64,000 nucleotides of DNA from an uncultured Solirubrobacterales bacterium (GTDB lineage: Bacteria > Actinomycetota > Thermoleophilia > Solirubrobacterales > 70-9), in the NCBI GenBank assembly GCA_963701635.1, contig CAVPAU010000003.1, positions 228,303-292,302 of the forward strand. Direction: 5' to 3'. The position numbers were made by a program, and so were the translations under genes. Under the pieces are notes generated by a model. The model was not told where the DNA came from and ran no database searches. It saw nothing but the letters and a program-made list of their open reading frames with translations. Position 1 is the stretch's first letter. Every line of letters begins with the position of its first letter. This document shows positions 49,550 to 61,534 of this stretch, in pieces.

Positions 49550-50382
49550 TGGACGGCCTCCCCTACCGGTTCCAGACTGCGCACGCGCCCTTCGAACGTG
49601 GCGATCTCCCGCACACCGTGACGGGCGAGGAAGTCAACCGCGGCGGGGTACTCGAAGCCGATCTGGCCCGGCTCGTGGGCGTCGGACGAGAGCGCGAACG
49701 TTGCGCCGGCCTCGACGCACATCTCCATGAACGGGTCGGACGGGTAGATCTCCCCCACCGCCTTGCGCAGCCCGGCGGTCGAGACCTCGACCGAGACACC
49801 CGAATCCGCGATCGCCTCGACCGCCGGCTCGTAGAAGTGCCTCGGATCGCGGGACGGCATCCGTCCGGCGCGGCCCCAGACCTTGACCAGGTCCGGATGG
49901 GCGAGCACATCGAACAGCCCGCTGCGGGCGGCGTCGGCCAGGGTCTCGAAGTAGCGGCGCCAGATCTCGTCGGGATCGCTGCGCTCGTCCCAGATCGTGA
50001 ACTCCTCGGTGTCAAGCGAACGGTCCCCGATGAAGTGGATCGAGCCGACCACGAAATCGAAAGGCCGCCGGTCGAGCAGGCTCGCCGTACGGTCCTCGGC
50101 ACCGGGGACGAAATCCGCCTCGATCCCGAGCCGGGCCGGACTGGCCGCGACGACTTCGCAGTAGAGGTCGAGGTCGTCGAGCGCCCACTCCTTCCAGAAC
50201 GGGTGGTCCCAGATGGTCAGAGCCTCGGTGAAGCGGTACATGTGTTCGGCGAATCCGAATTCGGCGATACCGGCCCGGTCCGCGTGCTCCCGGTACCGGT
50301 CGATGTTGGCGGCGGTGAAATGGGCCTGCGCTGTGGCCTCGATGTCGTCCTGCCGGAGGTGAACGTGGTAGTCGGTGAGCAT
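49540..50382 (-). CDS. PHP-domain histidinol-phosphatase family protein (HisJ/HisK type)
   Basis: MLTDYHVHL N-terminal metal motif, GSIHF and SSDAH motifs. Overlaps the ispF start by 10 nt. Confidence 0.8.
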   Translation of the reverse strand: MLTDYHVHLRQDDIEATAQAHFTAANIDRYREHADRAGIAEFGFAEHMYRFTEALTIWDHPFWKEWALDDLDLYCEVVAASPARLGIEADFVPGAEDRTASLLDRRPFDFVVGSIHFIGDRSLDTEEFTIWDERSDPDEIWRRYFETLADAARSGLFDVLAHPDLVKVWGRAGRMPSRDPRHFYEPAVEAIADSGVSVEVSTAGLRKAVGEIYPSDPFMEMCVEAGATFALSSDAHEPGQIGFEYPAAVDFLARHGVREIATFEGRVRSLEPVGEAVQCR

Positions 50383-50401
50383 TGGATTCGGGGTCGTCGT
50401 C

Positions 50402-51115
50402 TCAGGTCCGGTCCGCGATCAGGGCCTCGGCGACCGCGAGGTCTTCGGGAACCGTTACCTTGATATTGAAGGAAGGCGAGTCGATGACGACGACCGACCC
50501 CCCGGCCTGTTCGATCAGCGATGCGTCGTCGGTCGCGTTTTCGGGGTCGCCACCCGCGATGGCACGGGTGAGGACGGTCCTCCTGAACACCTGAGGCGTC
50601 TGCACGGCGCGCAGTCCGGAGCGGTCGAGGGTCCGTTCGACGCGGCCATCGGCTGCCACGCTCTTGATCGTGTCGGTGACCGGAGCCGCCGCGATGACGG
50701 CGTCGACTCCGGGCGAGGACTCCAGCAGCTCCACGGCCCGATCGATCAACTCGGGGCCGACCAGCGGACGGGCGGCGTCATGGACGGCGACGATGTCGCA
50801 GTCGACGCCTTCCCGATCGAGGGCGGCCAATCCGTTCGCCACCGAGAGCGACCTCGCGGAACCGCCCGCGACGAGGCTCTCGCCGCGCTGCGGGTCGAGC
50901 CCGCCGCGGAAGTCGCCCTCACGCCCCGGCGGGACGGCGACGACGATGGGCCCGACCCTGGCGGCAGCCCGGAAAGCATCCAGAGAATGCTCGTACATCG
51001 GTCGCCCGGCGACGGGCACGAGCGACTTCGGGCCGCCCGCCCCGAGTCGTTCACCGGAGCCGGCGGCAACGATCAACGCGGCGGCCAGACCCCGGCTTTC
51101 GGGACTGGCCGCCAC
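50402..51115 (-). CDS. ispD: 2-C-methyl-D-erythritol 4-phosphate cytidylyltransferase
   Basis: IVAAGSGERLG, VAVHDAARP and QTPQVF motifs. Confidence 0.92.
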   Translation of the reverse strand: MAASPESRGLAAALIVAAGSGERLGAGGPKSLVPVAGRPMYEHSLDAFRAAARVGPIVVAVPPGREGDFRGGLDPQRGESLVAGGSARSLSVANGLAALDREGVDCDIVAVHDAARPLVGPELIDRAVELLESSPGVDAVIAAAPVTDTIKSVAADGRVERTLDRSGLRAVQTPQVFRRTVLTRAIAGGDPENATDDASLIEQAGGSVVVIDSPSFNIKVTVPEDLAVAEALIADRT

Positions 51116-51121
51116 CGGTGA

Positions 51122-51685
51122 TCAGGCTGACGCTGCGGCCGCGACCGAGGCTTCGAAGCGCTCTTCGAGAAGGTTGTCGAGGTACTCCTCGGCGCCTTCT
51201 TCGTCCTTGTCGAGCGCGTACATGAACTCCGAGGCGAGGATCTTCTTCGCCCGCGTGTACATCTGCTTCTCGCCGGTCGACAGTCCCTTCTCCATCTCGC
51301 GGAGGGCCAGGTTGCGGACCACCTCGGCCAACTCGAAGACGTTGCCGGTCTTGATCTTCTCCTTGTTGTACTTGAACCGCCGGTTCCAGTTCTTGGGCAT
51401 GTCGGAGACCTCGTCGGAGAGGACCGAGATGACCTTCTTGATCTCGTCCTCGTCGATTACCCGCCTCAGTCCGGTGGACTGGGCGTTCTCGGTCGGGACC
51501 TTGACCGTCATGTCGTTGTGGAGGATCTTGATCGTCAGGTACTCGCGCGTCTCACCGAGCAGTTCGGTGCTCTCCTTCTTGAGCACAACGCCCGCACCGT
51601 GATGCGGGTAGACGACCTTTTCGCCTTCCTCGAAATCGCAATCCTCGGAAACGATGATGATCTCTTCGTCGAGATCCTCTGTCAC
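51122..51685 (-). CDS. carD: CarD-family (CdnL) RNA-polymerase-binding transcription regulator with acidic N-terminal extension
   Basis: GEKVVYPHHGAGVV..REYLTIKI..MTVKVP Tudor-like domain plus a helical C-domain. GTG 51685 is the first canonical start, but the strong SD AAAGGAG (51710-51716) is positioned for in-frame CTG 51706 / ATT 51703. Confidence 0.85.
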   Translation of the reverse strand: MTEDLDEEIIIVSEDCDFEEGEKVVYPHHGAGVVLKKESTELLGETREYLTIKILHNDMTVKVPTENAQSTGLRRVIDEDEIKKVISVLSDEVSDMPKNWNRRFKYNKEKIKTGNVFELAEVVRNLALREMEKGLSTGEKQMYTRAKKILASEFMYALDKDEEGAEEYLDNLLEERFEASVAAAASA

Positions 51686-51740
51686 TGCGTCTGAATCAGA
51701 AATCAGATGCTCCTTTGCTTCGTCGCGACGGCCTGAACCG

Positions 51741-52853
51741 TCATGTATTCAAGTATTGGTCGGAGTGGACGGACTCCTGGAGCCGCCTCACTCCTTCGCG
51801 GATCTCTTTGGCCCGGGAAGGGCCGACGCCGTCGACCGACGACAGCTCCTCGTCGCTCGCGGCCAGTACATCGCCGAGATCGCCGAAGCGGTTGACGATC
51901 TGCTGAACCACCAGCCTCGGCAGCCTCGGCACCTGCCCGAGCAGCCGGTAGCCACGTGGTGCGATCCGGAAGTCGAGCGTGTTGACCTTGCGGTCATAGC
52001 CGAGGATCTCGGCCAGCCGCCCGAAATCCAGCACGTCCTGGTGAGGGAGGGCCGAGATCTCGGAGGTGATCCGGTCGAGCGATCCTTCGCTGTCCTCGGT
52101 TGCGTAGTCGCGGATCAGGGCCTTGCGGTCTTGGGACACCCCGACCATCGTCTCTTCGAGCTGCATCTCGATCAGCCGGCCCTCCGTACCGAGCTCGACG
52201 ATGTAGCGCTCGACCTCGACCGCCATGCGGGAGACCAGCTCGGAGCGCTGGAGCGCGGCGAGCGCGTCGTAGAGCACGGCGTCGCCGTTGAACTCGGCCC
52301 GGCTCAGGCGCTGGCTCAGCTCGTCGAGGCGCAGGCGGTACTTGTTCAGCGTCGCCAGCGCCTGATTCGACTTGGCGAGCACCGACGGAATGTCCTGGAG
52401 GATGTACTTCATGCCGTCGAGATAGAGGGAGACCACGTCCCGGCGCTGCGAGATGGCGATAACCAGCGCATCGACCTGCTTCGAGATGCGCTCGGCCGTG
52501 CGGTGGCGCGTGCCGGTCTCGGAGGAGTGGATGGTCGGGTCGGGCATCATCTGGACGTTGGCCCAGCTGATCTTCGAGGCATCCGAGTTGATCAGGATCG
52601 CCCCGTCCATTTTCGCCACCTGGTACAGCATCGCCGGGCTGTAGTCGATGTCGAGCCTGATGCCGCCCGACAGCATGAAGGCGAACTCCTCGGTCTCGCC
52701 GACCACGATCAGTCCGCCCGTGTTCGCGTGGACGATGTTGTCGATCCCCTCGCGCAGTTCGGTGCCGGGCGCGACGGCATCTATGGCACGCAGAAGCCTC
52801 GGATCCTGACGCTCACTGAGGTGAGCCAAATCGCTTTCCACTGCCGACAACAT
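51741..52853 (-). CDS. disA: DNA integrity scanning protein DisA (diadenylate cyclase)
   Basis: DAC domain (APGTELREGIDNIV, GGLIVVG, DGAILIN, GTRHRTAERIS) and C-terminal HhH (VDGVGPSRAKEI). Confidence 0.93.
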   Translation of the reverse strand: MLSAVESDLAHLSERQDPRLLRAIDAVAPGTELREGIDNIVHANTGGLIVVGETEEFAFMLSGGIRLDIDYSPAMLYQVAKMDGAILINSDASKISWANVQMMPDPTIHSSETGTRHRTAERISKQVDALVIAISQRRDVVSLYLDGMKYILQDIPSVLAKSNQALATLNKYRLRLDELSQRLSRAEFNGDAVLYDALAALQRSELVSRMAVEVERYIVELGTEGRLIEMQLEETMVGVSQDRKALIRDYATEDSEGSLDRITSEISALPHQDVLDFGRLAEILGYDRKVNTLDFRIAPRGYRLLGQVPRLPRLVVQQIVNRFGDLGDVLAASDEELSSVDGVGPSRAKEIREGVRRLQESVHSDQYLNT

Positions 52854-52965
52854 CCCTGCAATTATGCCAGATTCCGCATTCTAGTGCGGTCTGCCACGTT
52901 CCGGCATGGTTGCTTGCGAAACCCCCGGGGGAGGGCTGCGTCCGGTGCGTGCCGGCCGGAACGAG

Positions 52966-54366
52966 TCAGGCGGCTTCGGCGTGGCTGCGCCGGCCGCCGA
53001 ACACGGCCTTCAGGGCCTGCCGCATGGTGGCGCTCGGCGCCAGGCCGGGCAGTCTCTCCCCCGACGGCGGACCGACAACGGGGGCAAGGCCGAACTTCGA
53101 GGCCTCGGCCACCCGCCGGTCGGCGTGGCCGACGAACCTGATGTCCCCGGTCAGGCCGAGCTCGCCGAAGCAGGCGACGGGCCTGCCGCCCCGACCCGTC
53201 GCCGGCTCGCCGCGATGGGCCGAAGCCACTGCCAGCGCCACGGCGAGATCTCCCCCCGGCTCGTCGATCCGCACCCCTCCGACCACGTTGACGAAGACGT
53301 CCGACGTACCGAGTCCCACGCCACCGTGGCGGGCCAGGACGGCGAGCACCATGCTGAGCCGGCTTCGATCGATCCCGTTGACCACGCGGCGGGGGATCTC
53401 GAGCTCGCTCGGGTTGACCAGTGCCTGGACCTCGACCAGGACCGGCCGTGTTCCCTCCATCGAGGCCAGCACCACCGAGCCGGTCGCGCCGGTCGCCTCC
53501 TCGACGAAGCGGGCAGAAGGGTCGGTGACCTCGGTCAGGCCGCCGGACCTCATCTCGAAGACGCCGACCTCGCTGGTCGCGCCGAAGCGGTTCTTGATCG
53601 CCCTCAGGGTCCGGTAGGTGCGCTCCTTCTCGCCGTCGAACTGCAGTACGCAGTCGACCAGGTGCTCGAGCACGCGCGGGCCCGCGAGGCTGCCCTCCTT
53701 GGTCACGTGTCCGACGAGGATCATCGCCACGTCGAGCCGCTTGGCCGCCTCGGCCAGGCGGTTGGCGGCTTCGCGCACCTGTCCGACCGAACCAGGAGCC
53801 CCGCTGAGGTCGGCGTTGTGGAGGGTCTGGATCGAGTCGATCACGACCACTGCGGGCTTCTCGTTCTCGATCGTGGCGAGGATCGTCTCCAGTGAGTTCT
53901 CGGCGAGCACCCGGACCTCCAGTGCCTGCGGCCCCAGCCGCTCTGCCCTGAGACGAACCTGTGAAGCCGATTCTTCGCCCGACACATAGAGCGTCCCGGA
54001 TCCCGACGCCTGCAGGTTGGCCATTGCCATGCCGGTGATCGTGCTCTTGCCGATGCCCGGCGATCCGCCCAGCAGGATCAGCGAACCCGGCACGATGCCA
54101 CCGCCGAGCACGCGGTCGAGCTCGCCGATGCCGGTGGCCAGGCGCGAGACCTGGACCGAAGTGACTTCACGCAGGGCGACCGGCCGCGCCGCGGCAGCCG
54201 AAGCCGCGGACCGGCCGCCGCCGCGGGCGCCGGCTCTGCCCGCAGGCCTCTCGGCCGTCTCGACCAGCGTGTTCCACTCGCCGCAGCCCGGGCACTTGCC
54301 GGTCCAGGCCATCGCGACGTGGCCGCAGGTCTGGCAGACATGGGATGAACGGATCTTCGCCACCAC
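52966..54366 (-). CDS. radA: DNA repair protein RadA (Sms)
   Basis: N-terminal zinc finger CQTCG..CPGCGEWN, Walker A GGSPGIGKST, KNRFG motif and Lon-like C-domain. Confidence 0.94.
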   Translation of the reverse strand: MVAKIRSSHVCQTCGHVAMAWTGKCPGCGEWNTLVETAERPAGRAGARGGGRSAASAAAARPVALREVTSVQVSRLATGIGELDRVLGGGIVPGSLILLGGSPGIGKSTITGMAMANLQASGSGTLYVSGEESASQVRLRAERLGPQALEVRVLAENSLETILATIENEKPAVVVIDSIQTLHNADLSGAPGSVGQVREAANRLAEAAKRLDVAMILVGHVTKEGSLAGPRVLEHLVDCVLQFDGEKERTYRTLRAIKNRFGATSEVGVFEMRSGGLTEVTDPSARFVEEATGATGSVVLASMEGTRPVLVEVQALVNPSELEIPRRVVNGIDRSRLSMVLAVLARHGGVGLGTSDVFVNVVGGVRIDEPGGDLAVALAVASAHRGEPATGRGGRPVACFGELGLTGDIRFVGHADRRVAEASKFGLAPVVGPPSGERLPGLAPSATMRQALKAVFGGRRSHAEAA

Positions 54367-54413
54367 CTCAGGCTAAGGACCGGACAGGACAGATCCCGCC
54401 CCCTCCCCGTAGG

Positions 54414-54791
54414 ATGCCGTCCATGGAACTCGTGCTCTTCATCCACGTGATTGCCATGGCCTTCTTCGTCGGCGGCCAGATCATGCTGGCCGCGACGATC
54501 GTGCCGGTCGAGCGCTCCAACCCCGACCCTGCCCGGATGAAGGCGATCGCGCAGAACTTCGGCTGGGGTTCGCTGGTCGCGATCGGCGTCTCGATCTTCA
54601 CCGGCATGCTGCTCGCCTCCCACTACGAGCTGTGGGGAGAAGGCACGCTCCACATCAAGCTGACCCTGCTGGTCCTGACCTTCGTGTCGCTGCTCGCCCA
54701 CATGAAGTACCCGAAGGCCCACTCCCTGATGGGCCTGACCTTCGTTCTCACTCTCGGCGTGGTCTGGTTCGGGCTCGAGCTGCCGGCCTGA
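54414..54791 (+). CDS. Hypothetical integral membrane protein (4 TM, CopD-like topology)
   Basis: Hydrophobic ORF. Start trimmed to ATG 54414 (or 54423) so that it does not overlap radA. Family not securely recognised. Confidence 0.5.
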   Translation: MPSMELVLFIHVIAMAFFVGGQIMLAATIVPVERSNPDPARMKAIAQNFGWGSLVAIGVSIFTGMLLASHYELWGEGTLHIKLTLLVLTFVSLLAHMKYPKAHSLMGLTFVLTLGVVWFGLELPA

Positions 54792-54813
54792 CCGGCGACC
54801 TTCCACTGATAGC

Positions 54814-55215
54814 TTGCCGGGCCACATGGAATCTTCCGCGATGCCCCCTCAGCCGCCCGACGCGCCGCCTCCGGCCGACGGTCCACCGGGGCCGGTGCCG
54901 GCCGCCGCTCCCGACCGCCGGATGCGCTTCCTCAACATCATCGCCTGGGTGGCGGTCATCGACGTGCTCCTGCTCATACCGCTGGTCTGGGCCTCGCGCT
55001 GGGTGGCCGACCGGCACGAAATCGTCGCCGTTCTCGGGCCGATCCACGGCTTCCTCTTCCTGGTCCTGATCGGGCTCTGTGCCTGGGGATCCATCCAGAG
55101 ATGGTGGGGCTGGTGGTTCCCGGCGATCGTCGTGCTGACGCTCGGGCCGCCGGGCTCGCTGATCGGCGACTGGATCATCCGCCGCCAGATCAAGGCCGAA
55201 ACCGCAGACGCCTGA
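54814..55215 (+). CDS. DUF3817-like membrane protein
   Basis: LRFLNIIAWVAVIDVLLL...GPIHGFLFLVLI resembles DUF3817 (from memory). The Pro-rich N-terminus makes the start uncertain. Confidence 0.5.
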   Translation: MPGHMESSAMPPQPPDAPPPADGPPGPVPAAAPDRRMRFLNIIAWVAVIDVLLLIPLVWASRWVADRHEIVAVLGPIHGFLFLVLIGLCAWGSIQRWWGWWFPAIVVLTLGPPGSLIGDWIIRRQIKAETADA

Positions 55216-55239
55216 AAAAGCGAATCCCGGGAGACCAGC

Positions 55240-57048
55240 ATGAGCACACTCGAAGAAGTCACATGGCAGCTCGACGACCTGCTGGCCGGCGAAGATTCCG
55301 AGGACCCCCAGGCCGCAGTCACGTCGCTGCTCGACAAGGCCGACGAAGCCGCTACAGCGTTCGCCTCCGAGTACGAAGGCAGCGTCGCCGGCCTCGACTC
55401 CGACGGCCTGCGAGTTGCGATGGAAAGGCTGGCGGCGATCTCCGACCTGGCCGGCCGGGCGCTGAACTTCGCCCACCTGCGCTTCGCAGCCGACACGGCA
55501 GACCCAGCCAACGGGGCGCTGCTCCAGATGGGGTCGGAGCGGGCGACGGCAATACAGACCCGGCTGATCTTCTTCGAGCTCGAATGGGCCGCGCTCGACG
55601 ACGGGCGCGCCGAAGAGATGCTGGCCGGCGACGGCCTCGAGTTCTGCGAGCACTACCTCCGAAACGAGCGGCGCTACCGCGACCACCTGCTCAGCGAACC
55701 CGAAGAGAAGATCGTCACCGAGCTGTCGGTGACCGGGGCCGGAGCGTGGAGCCGGCTCTTCGACGAACTGACCTCGGCGATCAGGGTCGAGCTGCCCGAC
55801 GCTGACGAACCTGTCTCCCTCGACATCGCGCTCTCGAAGCTCGCCGAGCCCGACCGCGAGGTGCGCCGCAGCACCGCCGAAGCGGTCACGGAATCGCTCC
55901 AGCCGGGCCTGCGGACACGGGCCTACGTCTTCAACACGCTGCTGCAGGAGAAGTCGATCAAGGACCGGCTGCGCGACTACCCGCACTGGCTGGCGACCCG
56001 CAACCTCTCCAACGAAGCGTCCGACGAGTCGGTGCAGGCGCTGGTCGAGGCGGTCAAGGGCCGGTACGAGCTGGCGCGCTCCTGGTACCGGACCAAAGCG
56101 AAGCTGCTCGGCATCGAACGCCTCGCCGACTACGACCGCATGGCCGCGATCGCCACCGACGACCGGAAGATCGAGTGGGACGAGGGCCGCGAGATCGTGC
56201 AGAGCTCCTTCGACTCGCTCTCGCCTCGGGCCGGCGAAGTCGTCGGACGCTTCTTCGACGAGCGCTGGATCGATGCGCCACCGGCGCCCGACAAGCGCGG
56301 TGGTGCCTTCAGTGCCTCGACCGTCCCTTCGGTGCACCCGTACGTGATGCTCAACTACACCGACCGCCGCCGCGACGTGCTCACGCTCGCCCACGAGCTC
56401 GGCCACGGGCTCCACCAGGCGCTGGCCGCAGACCGCGGCATCTTCCACCAGGACACGCCGCTGACCGTCGCCGAGACCGCGTCGGTCTTCGCCGAGGAGC
56501 TGGTCTTCGGCAGGCTGCTCGAAGCCGAGAAGGACCCGGCTTCCCGTCTGGGTCTGCTGGCCGAGGCCGTCGAAGGACAGATCGCGACGGTGTTCCGGCA
56601 GATCGCGATGAACCAGTTCGAGGACCGGGTCCACACCGCGCGGCGCAGCGAAGGCGAGCTCGCGGTCGAGCGCTTCAACGAGCTGTGGACCGAGACCCAG
56701 GAAGAGCTGCTCGGAGACTCGGTCGAGATCACCGGGGGATACCGGTCCTGGTGGTCCTACGTGCCCCATTTCATCGGCTCGCCGGGCTACGTCTACGCGT
56801 ACTCGTACGGCCAGCTGCTGGCACTGTCGGTTTACCGGCTGTACGAGGAACGAGGCGACGAGATAGTCCCCGGATACCTCGACATGCTCGCCGCGGGAGG
56901 CTCGCGCTCACCCGAGGAGCTCGGCCGCATGGTCGGCGTCGACCTGGCCGACCCTTCGTTCTGGGACGCCGGCCTCGACCTTGTCGCCGGCCAGATCGAC
57001 GCGGCGCAGCAGGCTGCGGAGGCCGTGCTCTCCGAATCCGGAACATAA
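55240..57048 (+). CDS. pepF: M3-family oligoendopeptidase F
   Basis: HEXXH zinc motif LAHELGHGLH with a downstream E (ETASVFAE); 602 aa, collinear with PepF. Confidence 0.9.
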   Translation: MSTLEEVTWQLDDLLAGEDSEDPQAAVTSLLDKADEAATAFASEYEGSVAGLDSDGLRVAMERLAAISDLAGRALNFAHLRFAADTADPANGALLQMGSERATAIQTRLIFFELEWAALDDGRAEEMLAGDGLEFCEHYLRNERRYRDHLLSEPEEKIVTELSVTGAGAWSRLFDELTSAIRVELPDADEPVSLDIALSKLAEPDREVRRSTAEAVTESLQPGLRTRAYVFNTLLQEKSIKDRLRDYPHWLATRNLSNEASDESVQALVEAVKGRYELARSWYRTKAKLLGIERLADYDRMAAIATDDRKIEWDEGREIVQSSFDSLSPRAGEVVGRFFDERWIDAPPAPDKRGGAFSASTVPSVHPYVMLNYTDRRRDVLTLAHELGHGLHQALAADRGIFHQDTPLTVAETASVFAEELVFGRLLEAEKDPASRLGLLAEAVEGQIATVFRQIAMNQFEDRVHTARRSEGELAVERFNELWTETQEELLGDSVEITGGYRSWWSYVPHFIGSPGYVYAYSYGQLLALSVYRLYEERGDEIVPGYLDMLAAGGSRSPEELGRMVGVDLADPSFWDAGLDLVAGQIDAAQQAAEAVLSESGT

Positions 57049-57172
57049 CCCGCGGCGGTTCCTCCCGCGGCGGCCACGACGGCCTGAACGGCGCGCGGCG
57101 GACCGTCGGGATTCAGGTTTCCGAAGGGTCGCCTGTGCCTCACTTGCCCTGAGTTTTCGTCTACCGAACCGC

Positions 57173-57505
57173 GTGCGGCTGTTTTTTGCCGCGCTCACCT
57201 CCCTCGCCGTGGTCGCGTCGCCGGGGCTCGTCGGCCTGTTCGCGCTGCCTCCTACGGCAGACGCCGGCCTCGAATGGCTCAACTGTCTCGATGCCACGAC
57301 TTGCCTCGATGGCCGAAGCAGCCTCGGCAAGCCAATCCAACGAACGAATCCGACGGATCAGCAGCCAAACATGCTGCGAAAGCGATGGCGCAGGGCAGCA
57401 CTGGCGCACCCGTCGGGCCTCAGGGGCCCCCTATCGACTCCAGTGTCCCTCCGAGGAACGCTCATGAAACCGGAGGAAAAGACCGCGGCCAGGGCCACCA
57501 GGTGA
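57173..57505 (+). CDS. Possible small secreted protein (very uncertain)
   Basis: GTG 57173 followed by a signal-peptide-like VRLFFAALTSLAVVASPGLVGLFALPPTADA. The GC3 bias decays in the second half, and no homology was recognised. Confidence 0.2.
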   Translation: MRLFFAALTSLAVVASPGLVGLFALPPTADAGLEWLNCLDATTCLDGRSSLGKPIQRTNPTDQQPNMLRKRWRRAALAHPSGLRGPLSTPVSLRGTLMKPEEKTAARATR

Positions 57506-57536
57506 CCTCGGGGCAATAGGGCGACGGAGGAGCGGG

Positions 57537-60170
<2,634 letters not shown>

Positions 60171-60456
60171 GTTTCCTCTTCTACCTCAACCTCGGAGTGG
60201 AGTTGAGTATCGGCTATCGATCGGCGGTTGCAAGTAATACGTGGTTTCTGGTCTATCCGGTTGAAAGTTGAAATGAAAGGTCGCCGGCTGCCCTATCCCT
60301 GTTTCGAGTCGCTGAGACTTTGGGGGATCTGACCTCCGGTCTGTCGGACACAGGCGAATGAGCCAGTATAACGGGGGCGCCTGCCCGGCCGGACGGGCCT
60401 GCCGGAGCCGTCGCAGGGCCGGCCCGGCGGGTCGGCCGCGCACCCTCGCTGCTGCG

Positions 60457-61534
60457 TCAGGCCGCGGCGGTCTGCCTGGTGATCGAGTCGATCAACCCGT
60501 GCCAGGAGTCGGCGAACGAGTCCTTGCCTTCCGACTGGAGCCTGGCGGCAAGCGCCGCGACGTCAAACCCTGCTTCCCCGTAGGCCGCGAGCACCTGCTC
60601 GCAGTCGCCCCCGTCGACCGGGATCGGCTCACCGGCATCGCCGTGGTCGGCGAAGGCGTGGAGAGTGTTCTCCGGCATCGTGTTGACCGTGTGCGGTGCG
60701 GCGAGGTTCTCGACGTAGAGCACGTCAGAGGCCTCGGGATCCTTCGTGCCGGTGCTGGCCATCAGGAGCCGCTGCGTCCGCGCCCCCTGGTTGGCGAGGC
60801 GCTGGGCACGATCGGACGCGGTCAGTTCACGGTAGGCGGCATAGGCCTGCTGTCCGATCGCCACGCCGAGCTTCGCCCGGAGGTCCGCCCGGGACCTCGT
60901 CGATCACCGCGGCGTCCCAGCGGCTGACGAACAGCGAGGCGACCGAAGGCACGGCCGGGTTCAGACCGGCCTCGATCCGGCGCTCGATGCCCTTCATGTA
61001 GGCGTCGGCTGCGGCCAGGTACTGGTCGCGATCGAAGAGCAGTGTCACGTTGACCGGAACGCCGCGGAAGATCACCTCCTCGATGGCGGTCAGGCCGGCC
61101 TCGGTGCCGGGGATCTTGATGAGCACGTTCTCGCGCTCTACACGGGCGTGGAGGTCGACGGCCTGCTCGATCGTGGACGCGGAGTCGTCGGCGAGCAGCG
61201 GCGAGACCTCCAGCGATACGAAACCGTCGACGCGGTCGGTGCGCATGTGGGTCTCCGCGAACAGGTCCGCGGCGCGGCGCAGATCCGACATCGCCAGTTC
61301 GAAGAAGATCTGCTCGGGCTCGAGTCCGGTGGCCGAGAGTTCGCCGATCTGTTCGTCGTAGTCAGTGCCGCCGGAGATCGCCTTGTCGAAGATCGTCGGG
61401 TTCGATGTCAGGCCGGTCATCGAGTAGTCGGCGATATAGCGACCGAGGGTTCCGTCGTCGAGCATCGCCCGGGTGATGTTGTCGACCCAGAGGCTCTGCC
61501 CGAGGTCGTGGAGGGCGCGGTTTCTGTCGTTCAT
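60457..61534 (-). pseudogene. tal: Transaldolase (actinobacterial long type) interrupted by a frameshift near 60889
   Basis: ORF 60827..61534 carries LWVDNITR, TSNPTIF and LIKIPGT (Schiff-base Lys). ORF 60457..60864 and its upstream frame carry ADLRAKLGVAIGQQAYAAY..STGTKDP.., the C-terminal half. The frames differ by one nucleotide within CCCGGG (60888-60893). Confidence 0.8.

Noticed and set aside
52854-52965. TAGAAT and CATAAT boxes just upstream of the disA ATG, suggesting a leaderless disA transcript.
   Set aside because: Neither box has a convincing -35 partner, and radA-disA are most simply co-transcribed. The signal is too weak to report as a feature.
54748-56769. A 673-aa ORF on the minus strand.
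   Set aside because: It is antisense to pepF (which has a clear HEXXH motif) and to the DUF3817-like gene. It is a low-complexity Arg/Gly/Pro/Val-rich shadow ORF.
60260-60280. The GTTGAAA tandem heptamers as a bona fide CtsR operator.
   Set aside because: The sequence differs from the CtsR consensus (A/GGTCAAA-NAN-A/GGTCAAA) and no ctsR gene is present. It is kept only as an unassigned candidate operator in the findings.
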